DNA from: Lama glama
Taxonomy: Eukaryota
Direction of reading: 5' to 3'
NCBI GenBank assembly: GCA_028534125.1
Contig: CM052839.1
Coordinates: forward strand, 23,188,001 to 23,252,000
Length of the DNA: 64,000 bases
How positions within the stretch are numbered: the stretch's first letter is position 1; each line of letters starts with the position of its first letter. This document shows, piece after piece, positions 12,125-24,189 of the stretch. The position numbers and the translations under genes were made by a program. The notes below the pieces were generated by a model. That model worked only from the letters and a program-made list of their open reading frames with translations. It had not been told where the DNA came from and made no database searches.

Positions 12125-12384
12125 GGCCTGGGCCTCAGAGGGTCTGTGGTGTTGTAAGGATTCTGTGGGCTCTGGGTCCGCTCACCTGTGCTTAAGTTTT
12201 GGCTGCCATCTTGCAGACTTGCTGTGTGATCTCAGGCAAGCAACGCCCCCCTCTGGAGCCCAGTTTCTGATTCTGGAAAGTGATGGGGGTTGGGGCAGGG
12301 CTCAGTGCTTTCTTAGGCCGTTCCCTGCATTTTGGTTCTGTTCTGCTTCTGTTTTTACCCCTCTCCTCACTACCAGGCATCATT

Positions 12385-12570
12385 AATCACATGGGATCTG
12401 TGAGTCCTGGCTCCACCACTTTCTGACTCTGTGACGTCAGACAAGTTATTAACCTTTTTAAGCCCCAATTTCCTCATCCGTAAAGTAATACCCTCCTTGT
12501 GGGCTGTTGTTCGGATTAAATGAGATAATGCATGTAATCACGGAAAGTGCCCGATGCATTGCCTAAATGC
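12385..12570 (+). mobile_element. MIR
   Basis: gagtcctggctccaccactt...caagttattaacctt...tttcctcatccgtaaa...gattaaatgagataatgcatgtaa. Confidence 0.75.
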
Positions 12571-13160
12571 AGGACAAGCGCTCAGCTGTTTCTTCTCCGC
12601 CCCCTCTTCCTCTCCTTCCTTCTTTTCACACCATCACCGTCTTTGTCAGGGAGCAGGACTGGGATCTCAGCTGCCATCACTCTCAGCAACCCAACAGAGG
12701 CAGCGCCTGCAGAGGGCGGGCGAACAAGTCACCAGACCCTGTTCGGCTCTCTTGGAAGAAGCAGCCAGGCCCCTGGTTCTGCTCTATCTCTCTCTCTTTC
12801 CAGCCATCGGTGTATTTCACCCACTTTAAATTCCATTGTCATTTGGTTTGACCTCTGCCCACCGCATCTCCTGGGGCAGGGGCAGAAGGACCGTCTGTCT
12901 CTGAGTTCCTAGGAAGGGGAAGGAGGATGGCCAAGGAGAAGCCAGTACAGATGAGCCTAGAATACCGATCAAGTCGAGCCCAGGAAAGTGGTCCTGGGGC
13001 AGGGGCTGGGAAAGGAGAAGAGGGAGTGGGCGGGGCTCACGGGCCCTGCTGCACCTCTGGGGCCCAGGACCCGGGAGGCTGGGAGGGTCGCCTCTGTGTC
13101 CCTGTTCTGAGATGCTCAGGCTGAACTGGAAGATCTCCAAGCAGTCTTGGGTCCTACATC

Positions 13161-13224
13161 CTGATGACCTATGGCCTGACTCCTTCAATACGCTCTCTTC
13201 CTACCTCACTTGAAGCCTTGCCAC
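13161..13224 (+). repeat. Donor copy of a 64-bp local duplication
   Basis: 63/64 identical to 14343-14406. Confidence 0.95.
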
Positions 13225-14169
13225 CTCCAAGACCCCCAGCCTCATAATTCAATGTTTCCTGCAAACTCGGTTACTGACCAATATTCGCCAAGCAGACCCA
13301 GTAAAGCCATCGGATGTTTGGGTGGGGACAGCCGGGGCCATATTGCACAGTGGAAAGAGTTCCCAACAAAGACAGATTCTGGTCCCAACTCTGACATGAA
13401 TCCCCTGGATGACCCAGGAGGAGTCACTCCCCAGGCCTCCGTTTCCTCATCTATGTAATGGGAGAGTAGGACTTGATGCCTGCTGGACTCTCGGCGCTCT
13501 TCATCTGTGTCCTGAACTCCTCAGGGGCCTCAGGCTACGGCCATGGTAGGGATGCCTAGTTTCCCCGCTGCCTGTGGACCTCTTCCTCCTCCTGGACTCC
13601 AAGACCCTTCTCCGCGGAGTGGAAGAAGTACCCTTCTCCCTCTCTCCCTCCTGCCCATCCTGTCGTGTCTCTGAGCACCTGCTGTGGAAGGCACTGAGTG
13701 AGGCCCTGGAGTGTGGGCTGTGTGCGGGGCGGGCCACAGCTCTCTCCCCAGAGGCACTCGTTCTGAGGAAGGCTCCACGTGCATGCAGCCACAGCACAGC
13801 TGGGGGGGTGGGAGGTACGCTGGAGGGGGAGGCCACGGAGGGAGTGAGGGGTCTTGAGGGAGGCCTGCGGAGGCCATTGGGAATCTTCATGGAAGAGGGA
13901 ACAGCACTGGACCTTGAAGGATGAGGCAGAAAGCTCCCTTCTGACACAGGAGCCTGAGGGCCTCCTGGCCCTGCCGACCGGTGTGAGCAGGGCATGGAGG
14001 GACATTTAGGGGAGGAGGTTCTGGGTGGGTGGAGTGTAGGCTGTGTCCAGCGTGGGGGTGTGTGTGTGGAAAGCTGGGCTATCAATGAGCCAGAAGGGAG
14101 GATCTGGGCCAGGTCAGGGAGAACTTTGGACTGTAACCATTTTTTTATAAAACATGTGTCTCTTAATAA

Positions 14170-14470
14170 TAATAATAGCTAACACACAGTGCTCTCTCTA
14201 TTTTAGAGGCTCTTCTAAGCAGTCAGTACGTGTGCCGTTTTATTGTCCCTCAATCCCTCTGAGATGTACACTATTAGCATCCCCATTTCCCAGATGAGAA
14301 AACTGAGGCAAGGAAAAGTTACTTGCCTGAGATTACACAGCTCTGATGACCTATGGCCTGACTCCTTCAATACACTCTCTTCCTACCTCACTTGAAGCCT
14401 TGCCACGGATTGGCACGAATCCTTGACAAGGATTCAAATCCTCTTAGTCTAGCTCCAGAGCCCATGCTCC
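14170..14470 (-). mobile_element. MIR interrupted by a templated insertion
   Basis: cccatttcccagatgagaaaactgaggca...acttgcctgagattacacagct, then the insert, then aggattcaaatcc...gctccagagcccatgctc. Confidence 0.85.
14343..14406 (+). repeat. Inserted copy of the 64-bp duplication
   Basis: Matches 13161-13224 except one CG>CA change. Confidence 0.95.
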
Positions 14471-15659
14471 GAGCCACCGATGTGGGTGGGATGCAGCCCC
14501 CGGAGGGTGCCGTCTGCCCCAAGCCCGAGGTTTTTCTCACCAGGCTGCGCCTCCTGCCTGGCTGGACCACCCATCACCTCTCACCTTCCCTCCCAGGCAG
14601 ACAGCTGAGGGACAGCCGCCAGGAGCCTGGGCTTGGGGGGAGCATGTGTGCCCGGATCTGAACATCTGCCTCCATTTTGATCTGATTACTCCCATCTTCT
14701 CTCTACTGGCAGGAGACAGCACCTGCTTTCCACCTAATTAAGCTGCATTTTTGTTTTTATTTACTTGGCATCAGACTGGGAAGAAGTATCTCCCGTGCAC
14801 CAAGAAGGAGTGGCAGGTGAAGAGACGGGGCTTGCAGTCTTCCTTCTTGAGCCAGGGAGAGCCTTGGCCACTGACAGGTACACCCTACAAACCTAAAACT
14901 TTTGAGGATACCCCACTGCCTACCTGCATCGGCCAAAAAGGTCCACGTTTCCTGATGTGCCAGTCAAGCCTCTCCTTGATTTCAGCCACCTCCACTTTCT
15001 AGCAGTTCTGAGATCTTGGCTAAGACACTAAATCTTATAGAGCCTCTGTCTCCTCATCTGTAAAACGTGGTTCATGCTTTTCGCCTTTCACAATTAATGT
15101 GATCTAAATGATACTCCCTAAGCCTCTAACCTGAGGCCAGCACACAGTAGGTGCTTAAGGACTTTCTCTATGTTTGATATCATCCTATCTAAGCCCCTGT
15201 GAGCTGTGTACTGTTGTCATCCCCGTTTTCCAGAGGAGGAAACTGAGGCGTGGAGTGGTGAAGTTACTTGTCTAAGGTCAAGTAGCAAAAGTCAAGTGGC
15301 AAAGGCTTCACATGCACCTGTCTCTCCTTCTCCCTGGGCTGTCCTTCCACACACATCCTGCGTTTGGTCCAAACTACACTGCTTGCTGCCGGCATTTCCC
15401 GTGAGCTCTGCCTTTGCCCACGTGGTCCCCTGCCCCCGGCTCCACACTTTCAAGTCTGTCTCTACTGCTGCCGCACTTCAGAAAGCCTTTCTTGATTTGC
15501 TAACAGAATGGAATTTCTCTTCCTAATCTGAATGTGTGTCTTTTTTTTCTTTTTTTTTTCCATTGGCTTAGGAATTTAAATTTAATGTGCTAAAAATTTT
15601 ATGTTTAATATTTTAAAGAATTAATTAGCATCAGTTTTTTTGATTTGACATGTTCATTT

Positions 15660-15969
15660 ATTTTTTTCATTTTTTATTGAGTTATAGTCAGTTTACAATG
15701 TTGTGTCAATTTCCAGTGTAGAGCACAATTTTTCAGTTACACATGAATATACATATATTCACTGTCACATTCTTTTTCACTGTGAGCTACCACGAGATCT
15801 TGTATACATTTCCATGTGCTATACAGTATAATCTTTTTATCTATTCTACATATGCCTGTCAGTATCTACAGATCTCAAACTCCCAGTCTGTCCCTTCCCA
15901 CCCTCCTCCCCCCAGCAACCACAAGTTTGTACTCTATGTCGATGAGTCTGTTTCTGTTTTGTATTTATG
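15660..15969 (-). mobile_element. Camelid L1 3' end (5'-truncated)
   Basis: T-rich tail, then ttattgagttatagtcagtttacaatgttgtgtcaatttccagtgtagagcacaatttttcagtt...caaccacaagtttgtactctatgtc. Confidence 0.85.
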
Positions 15970-16144
15970 AACGTGTGTCTGTTTTGGATTTTAAAGGCAA
16001 AGATGAGCTCAAACCCTAGTTCTGCTACTTAACTGCAGGGAGTGACCATAGATAGTCCTGCCTCACCTTTGTCTGGCTGTGTGGCGAGTGGTTTAAGTGA
16101 GTCTCTGTTTCTCTCTGTTATTATGAATGGAAATACTTATTATG

Positions 16145-16400
16145 TGCTTAGCAGCATGACAAACAGCACCCAGATTCTGGAGCCGAAGTGCTTGGGCTCA
16201 AATCCCCCTCAGAATCTGTGTGACCTTGGCAAAGTTACTTAACCTTTCAGGGCCTCAGTTTTTCCGTATGTGACATGGAGATGCTGTAAATGATACCTAC
16301 CCCACAGTGCTGTTGCGAGGGTTAAATGAGCTAATATGGGGGAACATTTAGAACAGCGCCCAGCACTTAGTAAGAACACAGTGAGCACCGGTTGCTACGG
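16145..16400 (+). mobile_element. MIR (near full length)
   Basis: gattctggagcc...gggctcaaatcc...tgtgtgaccttggcaaagttacttaacctt...gcctcagttt...ttaaatgagctaat...ttagaacagcgcccagcacttagtaag. Confidence 0.85.
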
Positions 16401-18296
16401 TATCTGACAATTGCTTGGGGATTAATGGAGATTGTGAAAATACTTTGAAATTTCCAAGCTCTGGACCAACGCGGGGTATTGATTATTCTCCTTCTGCCTT
16501 GGACCTGGGCCATTCGTGCCTGGTCTCATCCCCTTCAAGGGGCAGGGATCAAGCCCCACTGTCTGGGTCCTTCCAGAGGCTCTGCTCTAAGCCCTGTGCT
16601 CCGTGCCAGGAATCAGGTCCCCTGCTTGGACAGGCAGCCTGGCCTCAGTTTCCCCAAGGACCCCAGCTGCAGCCACACTGGGAGCCGAGGCAGTCAGTCT
16701 GCCTCCTGGCCCGGCCCCAGCCTGCTGCTCTGGGCTCCTGGTCAGCACTTCCTGAAGAGGCCCAGTCAGCATCTCTGGAGATGCCTGCAGTGCACCGTCC
16801 TGACCCAGGGTCCTAGACACCAGGATAACCGGAGGGAGGAAGGAGGAAGACCTCGCAACACCCCTCCTGCTCTGACTTTCTAGGAATCTAGCCTTTTGGG
16901 GGGGGGCGTGTCCAGAGACTCTCTGTGCCCTGCACCCTCCAGCCTGGGGACTGCTGGGGACACCTAGGTGGGCAAGCCCTTTGCTGAGGCTGCAGGAGGA
17001 GTGGCAGGAGAGGGAAAGAGGGTTTCCCTCCTCCTGCAGTTTACATTTACTTTTCCAACAGGTCAGTGAGCTGCGGAGTTAATTCAGAGAATTGCCCAGG
17101 CAGCAGCAGCAGCTGTGCGCTGGGCACAGTCGATCAGTCAGCCATCAGGGCGCTAACCAGGACCGGCAGTGCGCTCGCTCATCACCGGGCCCGGCTGAGC
17201 GGAGGGTGGTGCCGCCCTCACCCTGCGTCTGGCTCAGCTGCTGGCTCCCGGTGGCGGCGGTGGCTGTGGCCAAGCCATTGAGTGCCCCAGAGAGCAGCAC
17301 AGGAGGCCACCGTGCTCACACAGCACCTGGTGCTGCTGGGGACACTGGCACACCCCGCTTCAAATCCCAGCTGGTGTTCACTAGCTGGGAGACCCAGGGC
17401 AAGTTCCTCAACCTCTCTGAGCCTCAACTTCTTTGTTGGGAAAATGGGCACAGTAACAATGCCTAGTTTACAAGGCTCTTGGAAGGATTTTAAAAATGAG
17501 CACGGTCACTGTGAGGGTCACAGTGAGATAAGGTTACTCTGTCCAAAGTAGTCCAGCTTGGGTGTGTCGGATTCTGTGGGACTTAATGTTTCCATCTGGG
17601 TGGATAATACAGAGATGCATTACAGAATTATTCTCCCTTTGTTTTCAAAAGTGTTTTCAAGCACCTACTGTGTGCCAGGCTGAGGGCTATACTAAAACCA
17701 GGTTGAGACAACTTGAACAGGACACAGCCCCTCCCTTCAGGAGCTTACCTCCCAAGTCGAGTTGGTGGGTGATATGGAACCATGAGGATTAACCAAGAAA
17801 CCAAGGGAGCAGGGTGTGGAAGGTCTGATGGAGCCCAGGGCAGCTTCTGAGGGGTGACATGCAGGCAGGGAATCGGGCGAGGAGACACCCAAAGCAGGTA
17901 GGGAGTGATCCCAGAGTTTAGAGGGTGTGAAGCCTGCATTTTCCCTGGTGCCAGTCCATGGAGGGCCTTGAATGCCGAACCTAGGACCCAGGCAGCTGGT
18001 AGAGGACACTGATGCGCCGGCTTCACACTAGTAGGTAGCGGTTGGCTCAATGCCTGTTGCATTGTGAGGAGAAAATGTGCCTGGTTTTGCAAAACTTGAT
18101 AGCCTGGAGCTGACACAAAGCTGCTGGAAGAGGCGGCTTTCTCACACCCAGGATGCTCCATGCCGCAGAAGGCTGGGCTCTAATTTCCTTTAAATAAACA
18201 ATCTCCTTGGTGTCTTTTTCTTTCCTTTTTCTTTTTTTTAAGGAAATATACTTGGTATGCAAGACGTGGCAGACCTCCACATTGAGCTCTGGCCAT

Positions 18297-18309
18297 CGTT
18301 TCTTTCTTT

Positions 18310-18368
<59 letters not shown>
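18297..18368. repeat. (TTTC)n microsatellite derived from the L1 tail
   Basis: Long tttc tandem array directly abutting an L1 3' end. Confidence 0.95.
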
Positions 18369-18796
18369 ACTGAAATATATTTGATGGCAATGTTGTGTTA
18401 GTTTCAGGTGTACAGCAAAGTGATTCAGTTATACATATATATACTGTCTTTTTCATCTTCTTTTTCATTATAGGTTATTACAAGATATTGAACATAGTTC
18501 CCTGGGCTATACAGTAGGACCTTGTTGTTTATCTATTTTCTAGAGAATAGTTTATATCTGTTAATCCCAAACTCCTATTTTATCCCTCTGCCCCCCACCC
18601 CCCTCCTTTTCCCTTTGGTAACCATAAATGTGTTTTCTATGTCAGTGAGTCTCATTATGTTTTGTAAATAAGCTCATTTGTATCACTTTTTCAGATTCCA
18701 CATATAAGTGATACCATATGATGTTTGGCTTTCTCTGTCTGACTAACTTCACTTAGTATGATAATCTCTAAGTCCATCCAGGTTGCTGCAAATGGT
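18369..18796 (-). mobile_element. Cetartiodactyl-type L1 3' end
   Basis: caatgttgtgttagtttcaggtgtacagcaaagtgattcagttatacat...agattccacatataagtgatacc...tccatccaggttgctgcaaatgg. Confidence 0.85.
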
Positions 18797-18819
18797 AAGC
18801 TTCCTCCTTTCCTTAAAAA

Positions 18820-19400
18820 AGTTCTTTTTTAAATTGTGGTCAAATACACATAACATACAGTTTACTGTCTTAGCCATTTTAAAGTGTATAATTTAGTAGT
18901 GTTAGTTACATTCACATTGTTGAGCAACACAGCTCCAGAACTTTTGCATCTTACAAAACTGAAACTCCATACTCATTAAAAAAATTAACTCCCCGCTTCC
19001 TCCTTCTCCCAGGCCCTGACCAGCACCATTCTACTTTGGGTCTCCATGAATTTGACTCCTCTAGGTCCTCATGTAAGTGGAATCATGCCGTGTTTGTCTT
19101 TCTGTGACTGGCTTATTTCACTTGGCATCATGTTTTCAAGGTCCATCCATGTTGCAGCCTGTATCAGAATCTCCCTCCCTCTAAGGCTGACTAATAATTC
19201 GATTATGTGAATATACCACATTTTGCTTATCTATTCATCCATCCATGGATACGTTTTGACTCTGGTGAATAATGCTGCTATGAACATGGGTGTTTCTGTT
19301 TGAGTTTCTGCTTTGCCAGTCTTTCAGGTGCATACCCAGAAGGGGAATTCCTGGATCAGATGGAAATTCCATGCTTAATTTTGTAAGGAACTGCCCATAC
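18820..19400 (-). mobile_element. Older L1 (L1MB-like) 3' region
   Basis: aaattgtggtcaaatacacataaca...gtgaataatgctgctatgaacatgggtgt...tacccagaaggggaattcctggatca. Confidence 0.8.
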
Positions 19401-21100
19401 GATTTCTGGTCGTAGACTCTGAGACGTGGGAGGAAGTTCAGGAACCACATGTGCCTGCCTAGGGACAGGGAAATGGGGGCCCAGCACGGACTTTTCTTTC
19501 TGCCTCTCATGTGAGTTGCAGCCCAGTCAAGACTGGAACCTGGGGTTCGGGGTTCTCAGAGCATGCCTCTTGCACCTTGAAGGATGGCGGTGGGAACACC
19601 CCGCTGAGGCATGGTGATCCGTAGATGGGGACACCAGAGCCCAGAGAGGCAGGGGTGCCTGAAGTCACACAGCTGGCCGGGCAGACGGGCAGGCAGCCTC
19701 CCCACCCAGTGCCTTCTGCTCCCCAGGGCTCTGGGAGCCCCTCCCATGCTGGGCGGGGGAAGAGCCTCCCCTCTGGGTCTCCAAAGCTCCCCCCCCCCGC
19801 AGGCTGACAAGGATGCCGTTGGATGCTGAGGAAAGAGCACTACACGGAGACCCCAGACCTAGCTGTGTGGCCTGAGTGAGTCATTCTCTCCTTGTGGGCC
19901 TCAGTTTACCCTCTGGTGCAGATGGGGAGGGGGCAGATGGATGGTCTCCCGGGGCCCTCCCTCCCAGCTTTGCGCTTCCCCATCTGAGGAAGCTGGGCTG
20001 GGGTGTGCTGACCAGCTCCCCCTGGTGGAGACGCCAGCAGGCCTTGACTGGGAGCAGGGCTTCCCAAGCTCCATGATTCTTTGTTTCACAGGTGGGCAAA
20101 CCAAGGCCCTGGGACCAGCAGCCCCGCAGAGAGGGCGGGTGAGAACCCAGGCATCCAGGCTCCTCAGACAGGAGCACTCACACCTTTCCTCTCCCTCCTC
20201 ACCATGAAGCTGGGAAGGGGTGGGGGGACCCCACCGAGAGTATCGCCGCCTCCCCCAGAGCCACCATTGCTGGGGATCAAAGGGAGCAGCACCCTCCCTC
20301 AGAGGCCTTCCCCCAGCCCCTCTGGGGGAGGCCCTGTGCCCTGAGGGTCAGCTTGTCACCCGGAGATCATTAAGGATGCATGAGGTTCAATATATGAGTG
20401 AGGCAGAGAGGTGGCCGGCCGGGTCTGTAATAAACGTCCCCTCCTGCCCCGGCCGGCCAGTACCATGGAAACGTTAGGTGATGGCCAATATCACTTATTT
20501 ATTACTGAGCACTTAGGCAGCTGTTCTGGGCTTCTGCCCAGAGCACCCTTCTCCCTCTTCCCATCCACCAGGCCCCTCTCCTTACCCAGACTGCCTCCTC
20601 TCTGCTTTGGCCAGTTCTGTCCTGAATTGCCCAGGCCGCCTGGGGGTCGAGCACAGAGGCCAGGCTCATCACAGCCAGACAGAGCCACGTGGGGCTGGGA
20701 CTGTCATTATTACCCCATTCCTGGTGAGAAAACTGCCTTTCAGAGAGTGTAAGAGACTCACTTAAGGGCATATAGTGGGTAAGTGGCAAAAGCAGGACTG
20801 GACCCCGGTCAAGTTCATTGGATGCCTTGCTGAGTTCTTATGTAGCCTCCCACCCTGCTTGGAGCTGCCCTGGGAGCCGGTGGGAGGAATCTGGTTCTGG
20901 TAAGAACTGGGATGATTCTGCTTTAAAAGCCAGCCTCACTCACGGATGACGGAGGCTACAAGTCTGCTCTGGGGTTTCAGAACAGGCTCTGCCCCAATGG
21001 CTGTGTGGCCTTGGACCAAGCACCCGCTTCTCTGAGCCACTGCTGCCCGATCGTCACACTGGGAATCATAACTGAGAATCCTCCCACTGGGAACCATCCT

Positions 21101-21142
21101 GCCTCGCGAGGCTATGAGCCTCGTGAGGCTATGAGCCTCGTG
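21101..21142. repeat. 17-bp tandem repeat (about 2.5 copies) built from palindromes
   Basis: gcctcgcgaggctatga gcctcgtgaggctatga gcctcgtg. Confidence 0.9.
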
Positions 21143-21162
21143 CAATAACAGTGTGGATCAGA

Positions 21163-21560
21163 CATTCTGGAAAAGGCACAGCTACAGAAACAATAAAAAG
21201 ATTGTGGTTTCCAGGGGTCTGGGGAGAGGGAGGGAGGGAGGGATGAACAGATGGAGCACAAGGAATTTTTAGGGCGATGAAATTATTCTATAGGACACTA
21301 TAGTGGTGGCTACATGTCATTATGCATCTGTCAAAGGCCATAGAATGTACAACATCAAGAGTGAACCCTAATGTAAACTTTGACTGATAATAATGTGTCC
21401 ATGTTGGTTCATCGATTGTAACGAATATGCCACACTGATGAGGGATGTTGAGGGCAGGGGAGTATATACGTGTGGGTGGGGATGGCTACGTGCGTATTTT
21501 CTGCTCAATTCTGCTGTAATCCTGAAACTGCTCTAAAAATAAAGTCCATTAAAAAAAAAT
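21163..21560 (+). mobile_element. L1MC-like 3' end with poly(A) and TSD
   Basis: cattctggaaaaggc...gaaccctaatgtaaac...aaactgctctaaaaataaagtccattaaaaaaaaa. TSD agtgtggatcaga at 21150-21162 and 21561-21573. Confidence 0.85.
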
Positions 21561-22554
21561 AGTGTGGATCAGAGGAGCCCTTTCAGCCAGTGGCTACTGT
21601 TTTACCCTTATCATTAGCGCGTGATACTCTCTGGGGAAGAGAGAAACTTGAGAGCTGGAACTTCCTGAAGGAAGACCTGCCCTGCACCCTACCGACTGTA
21701 CTAAAACTCAGCCCCTAATACCTCCAACCCCAGGAGGCCCAGCCAGAGAGGACAGTCACCAGCCTCTCTCTTCCACCCTGGCTTATTGATTTGACAGTCA
21801 GATGACTTGCAGTCAGAGCCAGAGCAGCCAGAGGGACCTTCTTGTCTAGCCGCCAAGGTCCAGAAAGGGAAAGGGACTAGCCCAAGGCCACACAGCAATC
21901 AGCGGAGGAGTGTGGCCTCTGCTGGTCGGTTTCATGCCCCTTGCCCCAGGCTGCTGGCAGTGAGTGCATGGGGCCTGGCTCTGGGGAGGACCTCAGACAT
22001 CTCAATTTCTCCCTGAGCAAACACTTGCATGTGGGGTCACAGGCAGAGTTCCCTCTCTCGGGATACCCTGTGAAGTGGGGTAGGATGATAGCAGGGGGAA
22101 GGGATGGGAGGCGCTCCTGCAGGCTCAGAGAGCTAGTCTTCTTGGTCCAAGAGATGGACGAGGCCCTGTCATTCATCAGGTTTCTAGGGTCGGCTGGGGG
22201 CCAGGCCACGAGTCGTGGTATTAAGACTGTGGGGAAGCGATTATCCCAGCTGCCTGGTAGCATTTAGACCTTACACTAACCGTGCTCGTGGTTTCCATTT
22301 TCCAGGCGAAAACACTGAGGTTTGATGAGTGAAATGGTTTTCCCAGGCTGCACTGCTTTGGTTCTGCTTTGGACCCAGCTCTCCCAGCCTTCAGAGTCCA
22401 CATCCTTCTCCCTGGACCTTGTTACTTTCTGCACACATTCAGGCCGGCGCTGGCCCCTGCGCTCTCCTGGGCAGGGGCTGTGCTGGGCCTCATCCCAGGT
22501 TCCCCTGGCCGTCTGGGCTCCGGTCAGGGTCTGGCCACACGGGGCACTCCGGCT

Positions 22555-22810
22555 GAGTGGTGACGTCAGATTTAGTCCACTGTCACACCATCACCACCAC
22601 CCGGGCTGCATCAGCAGCTGACTTGCTGAATAATTCATCGACACTTGTTTACTCTTCCTGGCTGTTAGTGGCTCTCATAACCCCACCACAGCCCCCTCCC
22701 AGGTCCAGCTGCCCTGGCCTCCACCCCCTCTCCAATTTGGCCACCAGGAAGCCGCTCCAGGACTGGGCCGTGTGCATTGGCCATGAATTATTCAGGCCTC
22801 ATTTGGCTGG
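22555..22810. promoter_or_regulatory. Candidate enhancer: CRE, FOX site and two inverted POU-like sites
   Basis: TGACGTCA at 22561-22568; ctgaataattcat at 22626-22638 and its exact reverse complement at 22783-22795; ttgtttac near 22646. Confidence 0.45.
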
Positions 22811-23119
22811 AGCTAGGGCGGATACTGGGGCTGGAGGACAGTCTGGGCCATGCGGTCCATCCCATTTAGGGGTGCATGGAAGGAGAATGTGGGGGCAGAG
22901 ATGTCTCCATCTCCATCTCCATTTGAGCTGAAACCCACGTCCTGTTGGATCCAGAATCACCTGCCAGTTGCAAGCCCCAGGGAGCAGAGCGAGACCTCCC
23001 TAAGCTTGAAGCACAGAGACCCGCACAGAGCTCACCATCCGTGCTGGGGGCTGCAGGTTGATCACCAAGCTTACGGCCACCAGCAAGGGGATGCCACAAC
23101 CTAGCAGAGGGGCCAAGAA

Positions 23120-23300
23120 CGTGGCTCAGGAATCAGACAGCCTCGGTGTAAATCCTGACCCTCCGCTGAGTAACCTTGGACAAGTTACTTAACCTCTCTG
23201 TGCTCAGTCTTTTTTCATCCTTAAAATGGTGAGAGCAGTGGTTCCCACCGTACAGGATTGTTATGCAGGATGAACAATGAACATGCCGGGGTGTATTCCG
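23120..23300 (+). mobile_element. MIR
   Basis: ggctcaggaatcagacag...accttggacaagttacttaacctctctgtgctcagt. Confidence 0.75.
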
Positions 23301-24189
23301 TGTTCTACCTACACCCACCCTATATTGTCCCTGCTTGGGTACTTTGCCTCTCCCATCTTCCTGAGAGCCTTTTGTAAGAAGGTACTGGGTCGTGTTTTTC
23401 TCAGCAAGAGAAAATAGTTCTTTTCTCCGAGAACTAGTCCAGAGGTGGCTCCTCCTAAATGCTTGTTGAATGAATGAATAAATGAATGAGTGAGAAATTG
23501 CTCTCCAGTGATGCAATGGGCTGCTTTACGAGGCAGTGGGTAGGCTCCTTACTGCCGGGAGTGTCTCACTGGGTCACAGTTCACCAAGCACTCCATAGTG
23601 AGGATGGATGCCCTGGTTAGAAAGATGTTCTTCAAAACTCCTTCCCTCTCATTAAGCTGCTGTGTGTCTAGGATTCCATGAATACATACAGGTTGTAGGA
23701 GCTGGTGGTGGCAGTGGAGGATGATGATGATGATGCCGAAGGGGATAAATCCTCTGATGTGAGGTGGGGGGAGGAGGATGGGAGAAACAGCAGATCCACT
23801 GGTCCAGCCCATCACACACGGTGCTCCTCATGGGCGAGGAATTACGGTTCTCCTCTGTATTTCTGGTGCCTGGCACTCAGCACGCAGTAGAAGTTCACTG
23901 AATGAATGAATGAGTGTCTTTAGTCCTTAGACAATCAGGCAGACTCCGGAATCACCCCTTCCCAAACCAACTCCTCAATCTGCCCGAGTCAGCTTCTGTG
24001 GGGCCGTCTACCTTGTCCTGTGCCTCAGTTTCCCCTGCCATTAAAATGGGTCACATGACTTGCTTCCCCTCTCTTGGTAACCCCATCCAAACTGACTAGT
24101 CCCGGCCACACTAGACCCGCCTGGTTGGACCCCTGCTGTCAGAGTTCCGGCAACCACAGATATGGGGGTCCCACACCCACACCGTGGAG

